From the NCBI RefSeq assembly GCF_009914755.1, contig NC_060948.1: a DNA stretch of 64,000 bases; one strand, 5' to 3'. Position numbers and translations under genes: made by a program. Below, piece after piece: positions 57,204-64,000 of the stretch (position 1 is the stretch's first letter; each line of letters begins with the position of its first letter). Under the pieces are notes generated by a model that did no database searches, was not told the DNA's origin, and worked only from the letters and a program-made list of their open reading frames with translations. The stretch is from the human T2T-CHM13v2.0 reference genome, Homo sapiens.

Positions 57204-59308
57204 AGATCCATATTTTTTAAATGAAAAAAAATTTCAAAGGTACTCTGCTTGGTACAATAATCAAATGTATAAACTGAGGAATAAAACATAACCATGAAAC
57301 CTACTTATAACTGCATATGGAAAATACAGAGGATAATTTTTTAAATAACATATTTTGAAAGCCTTAACTAGTAATTTGAAGAGCTGGCATTTGAAAGACC
57401 AGTATGAATATACCTTCAAAGCAGCAACACAGGTTCCCCATGAGAAAAAGCAAACACAGGGAAAATAAAAACACAAAGGTTCAATCTCTTCTGACCTTTG
57501 AAAGACACAGCACAGACAGTGGTCCTTAGGACGAAGAGCAGGAGACCCCTAATTCCGTCACCATGGCGATAGGGCATAAACATTGCTGGGTGAGGGCACA
57601 ATCCACATTGTGAGGTCCAACTGCTGCCAGGAAGACAGGAGTGCTTTTACATAGACCGAAAGGTCATTGAAGGCTCAGAGTTTTGTTTCAAGAACTGAAT
57701 CCCAAGCCCACACGTTATTAGGCTGCGCTTCTTAAAACAAGTTATGAGATGGGGAAATGGGCACCCACAAACATACGTATACATTATGTATATAATAATA
57801 TACAGTATCATATATATAATATATATAACCTATGTATAATATTGTTTTACATCCTGCATCTTATGTTATATATATTGTATAAAATATAATAATTGATAAT
57901 ATATAAGTTTTATAATTATACAATATGACATATAGTATATATTATAATTTATGACATATATAATATATGTTATATGTCATATATAGAATATAATATACGG
58001 TTAATATACGTATTAAATATAAATTATACATTATATATATTATATATAATATATCTGTTATATATAATACCCATTATGCATAATATATATATTATGTCTA
58101 TGTTATATATAGTATAAAACAACATATAATAATATATAATTGTATATATAAAATGCGACATATAATATATATTATATTTTATAACATATGAAATATATAT
58201 TATATATTATATATAATACGTAGTATGTATAATACCAATATTAAATATATATTATATGACTATGTTATTAATTACATGTCAGATGTGTTATATATTATAT
58301 ATTTTACATAGAATATACCGGTTACATACAATATATACTATGTTACCTATAATGTATAATTTATTACATGTAAGATAAAGAATGCAATATATTATGTATA
58401 ATTTATAATATACCATATGTGCAATGTGATATATATAACATATAATATATGATATATGATATACAGTATATGATATATAACATACAATATATGATTCCTA
58501 ATACATATGGTATACAATATATATTTTATGATATGTATTCTATATGTTTTATATTCTGTTATATATAACTATTTGAAATTATATATAAGTGTATAATATT
58601 TTATGTAAATATGTAATATAATATATATAACTATATAATATATTATATATAACTATATATTATGTTATATATACTTTTATAACATAATTTACATAAAATA
58701 TCATAATATAATATATATTATATTATTTCATATTACATAATATATATTACATATCACCCAATATAACTAACATACATGATATTATTATATAGATTATATT
58801 GTGTTATATTAAATATCATATATATCATGTATCATATATTCTATAATATATATTACACATTATATAATATGTATGTTGTCTATTATGTGATATATATAAC
58901 TATATATATAATTATATTTTTATACATATAACTAGATAAACATGTAATTCTACATATTTTCATTTATAATATGTAGAATTATATAATCATATATAATTAT
59001 TTATATTCTATAAAAAATTTTATCATTCTATAAATTATAATATATAAAAATTATAATATGTACTACAAATATATATATTATATATCATATATGATATAGT
59101 ACCTTTGTTATATATCATAATACATATAAATGTGTATTATGTTATCTATAATTATATAATTTCATATATAAGATGTATAATATGTATCATATATTATATA
59201 TGTTATGTAATATATATAGTATATATAAGATGACACAGGATAAATATTATATACTATGACATATAAAATATATGAGGTTATATGTTACATATAAGGCATA
59301 GCACATAA

Positions 59309-59623
<315 letters not shown>

Positions 59624-61728
59624 AGATCCATATTTTTTAAATGAAAAAAAATTTCAAAGGTACTCTGCTTGGTACAATAATCAAATGTATAAACTGAGGA
59701 ATAAAACATAACCATGAAACCTACTTATAACTGCATATGGAAAATACAGAGGATAATTTTTTAAATAACATATTTTGAAAGCCTTAACTAGTAATTTGAA
59801 GAGTTGGCATTTGAAAGGCCAGTATGAATATACCTTCAAAGCAGCAACACAGGTTCCCCATGAGAAAAAGCAAACACAGGGAAAATAAAAACACAAAGGT
59901 TCAATCTCTTCTGACCTTTGAAAGACACAGCACAGACAGTGGTCCTTAGGACGAAGAGCAGGAGACCCCTAATTCCGTCACCATGGCGATAGGGCATAAA
60001 CATTGCTGGGTGAGGGCACAATCCACATTGTGAGGTCCAAGTGCTGCCAGGAAGACAGGAGTGCTTTTACATAGACCGAAAGGTCATTGAAGGCTCAGAG
60101 TTTTGTTTCAAGAACTGAATCCCAAGCCCACACGTTATTAGGCTGCGCTTCTTAAAACAAGTTATGAGATGGGAAAAAGGGCACCCACAAACATACGTAT
60201 ACATTATGTATATAATAATATACAGTATCATATATATAATATATATAACCTATGTATAATATTGTTTTACATCCTGCATCTTATGTTATATATATTGTAT
60301 AAAATATAATAATTGATAATATATAAGTTTTATAATTCTACAATATGACATATAGTATATATTATAATTTATGACATATATAATATATGTCATATATCAT
60401 ATATAGAATATATTATACGGTTAATATACGTATTAAATATAAATTATACGTTATATATATTATATATAATATATCTGTTATATATAATACCCATTATGCA
60501 TGATATATATATTATGTCTATGTTATATATAGTATAAAACAACATATAATAATATATAATTGTATATATAAAATGCGACATATAATATATATTATATTTT
60601 ATAACATATGTAATATATATTATATATTATCTATAATACGTTGTATGTATAATACCTATATTAAATATATATTATACGACTATGTTATTAATTACATGTC
60701 ACATGTGTTATATATTATATATTTTACATAGAATATACCGGTTACATACAATATATACTATGTTACCTATAATGTATAATTTATTACATGTAAAATAAAG
60801 AATGCAATATATTATGTATAATTTATAATATACCATATGTGGAATGTGATATATATAACATATAATATATGATATATGATATACAGTATATGATATATAA
60901 CATACAATATATGATTCCTAATATATATGGTATACAATATATATTTTATGATATGTATTCTATATGTTTTATATTCTGTTATATATAACTATTTGAAATT
61001 ATATATAACTGTATAATATTTTATGTAAATATGTAATATAATATATATAACTATATAATATATTATATATAACTATATATTATGTTATATATACTTTTAT
61101 AACATAATTTACATAAAATATCATAATATAATCTATATTATATTATTTCATATTACATAATATATATTACATATCACCCAATATAACTAACATACATAAT
61201 ATTATAATATAGATTATATTGTGTTATATTAAATATCATATATATCATGTATCATATATTCTATAATATATATTACACATTATATAATATGTATGTTGTC
61301 TATTATGTGATATATATAACTCTATATATAATTATATTTTTATACATATAACTAGATAAACATGTAATTCTACATATTTTCATTTATAATATGTAGAATT
61401 ATATAATCATATATAATTATTTATATTCTATAAAAAATTTTATCATTATATAAATTATAATATATAAAAATTATAATATGTACTACAAATATATATATTA
61501 TATATCATATATGATATAGTACCTTTGTTATATATCATAATACATATAAATGTGTATTATGTTATCTATAATTATATAATTTCATATATAAGATGTATAA
61601 TATGTATCATATATTATATATGTTATGTAATATATATAGTATATATAAGATGACACAGGATAAATATTATATACTATGACATATAAAATATATGAGGTTA
61701 TATGTTACATATAAGGCATAGCACATAA

Positions 61729-62043
<315 letters not shown>

Positions 62044-64000
62044 AGATCCATATTTTTTAAATGAAAAAAAATTTCAAAGGTACTCTGCTTGGTACAATAA
62101 TCAAATGTATAAACTGAGGAATAAAACATAACCATGAAACCTACTTATAACTGCATATGGAAAATACAGAGGATAATTTTTTAAATAACATATTTTGAAA
62201 GCCTTAACTAGTAATTTGAAGAGTTGGCATTTGAAAGGCCAGTATGAATATACCTTCAAAGCAGCAACACAGGTTCCCCATGAGAAAAAGCAAACACAGG
62301 GAAAATAAAAACACAAAGGTTCAATCTCTTCTGACCTTTGAAAGACACAGCACAGACAGTGGTCCTTAGGACGAAGAGCAGGAGACCCCTAATTCCGTCA
62401 CCATGGCGATAGGGCATAAACATTGCTGGGTGAGGGCACAATCCACATTGTGAGGTCCAAGTGCTGCCAGGAAGACAGGAGTGCTTTTACATAGACCGAA
62501 AGGTCATTGAAGGCTCAGAGTTTTGTTTCAAGAACTGAATCCCAAGCCCACACGTTATTAGGCTGCGCTTCTTAAAACAAGTTATGAGATGGGAAAAAGG
62601 GCACCCACAAACATACGTATACATTATGTATATAATAATATACAGTATCATATATATAATATATATAACCTATGTATAATATTGTTTTACATCCTGCATC
62701 TTATGTTATATATATTGTATAAAATATAATAATTGATAATATATAAGTTTTATAAATATACAATATGACATATAGTATATATTATAATTTATGACATATA
62801 TAATATATGTCATATATCATATATAGAATATATTATACGGTTAATATACGTATTAAATATAAATTATACGTTATATATATTATATATAATATATCTGTTA
62901 TATATAATACCCATTATGCATAATATATATATTATGTCTATGTTATATATAGTATAAAACAACATATAATAATATATAATTATATATATAAAATGCGACA
63001 TATAATATATATTATATTTTATAACATATGTAATATATATTATATATTATCTATAATACGTTGTATGTATAATACCTATATTAAATATATATTATATGAC
63101 TATGTTATTAATTACATGTCACATGTGTTATATATTATATATTTTACATAGAATATACCGGTTACATACAATATATACTATGTTACCTATAATGTATAAT
63201 TTATTACATGTAAAATAAAGAATGCAATATATTATGTATAATTTATAATATACAATATGTGGAATGTGATATATGTAACATATAATATATGATATATGAT
63301 ATACAGTATATGATATATAACATACAATATATGATTCCTAATATATATGGTATACAATATATATTTTATGATATGTATTCTATATGTTTTATATTCTGTT
63401 ATATATAACTATTTGAAATTATGTATAACTGTATAATATTTTATGTAAATATGTAATATAATATATATAACTATATAATATATTATATATAACTATATAT
63501 TATGTTATATATACTTTTATAACATAATTTACATAAAATATCATAATATAATATATATTATATTATTTCATATTACATAATATATATTACATATCACCCA
63601 ATATAACTAACATACATGATATTATTATATAGATTATATTGTGTTATATTAAATATCATATATATCATGTATCATATATTCTATAATATATATTACACTT
63701 TATATAATATGTATGTTGTCTATTATGTGATATATATAACTATATATATAATTATATTTTTATACATATAACTAGATAAACATGTAATTCTACATATTTT
63801 CATTTATAATATGTAGAATTATATAATCATATATAATTATTTATATTCTATAAAAAATTTTATCATTCTATAAATTATAATATATAAAAATTATAATATG
63901 TACTACAAATATATATATTATATATCATATATGATATAGTACCTTTGTTATATATCATAATACATATAAATGTGTATTATGTTATCTATAATTATATAAT

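Overview
The whole 64-kb window is one uninterrupted head-to-tail tandem array of a 2420-bp composite unit: 26 complete copies plus a 1088-bp partial. Taking position 1 as the phase, units start at 1+2420n up to 45981, then at 48392, 50813, 53233, 55653, 58073, 60493 and 62913. Each unit has three parts: about 1.56 kb of extremely AT-rich (TA-derived) low-complexity DNA, a diverged and slightly 5'-truncated Alu on the minus strand (~290 bp), and a ~570-bp more GC-balanced segment. The unit length, this three-part layout and a predicted 2146-bp HaeIII fragment match human DYZ2 / HSat1B satellite (AT-rich + Alu + HSATI), typical of Yq12 heterochromatin. Smaller HSat1B arrays on acrocentric short arms cannot be excluded from sequence alone. 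No credible protein-coding or RNA gene is present; the ORF-track entries are repeated chance ORFs. I found no new gene system. The interesting content is in the variants between units: a readable higher-order structure (unit types A B A D C C C E A B A D C/A B/D C/A B A/C C C F G H I H I J), mappable recombination breakpoints in chimeric units, two 4840-bp tandem duplications, near-absence of indels, and an apparent excess of C<->G transversions and clustered substitutions. All variant calls were made by eye and should be confirmed by alignment.
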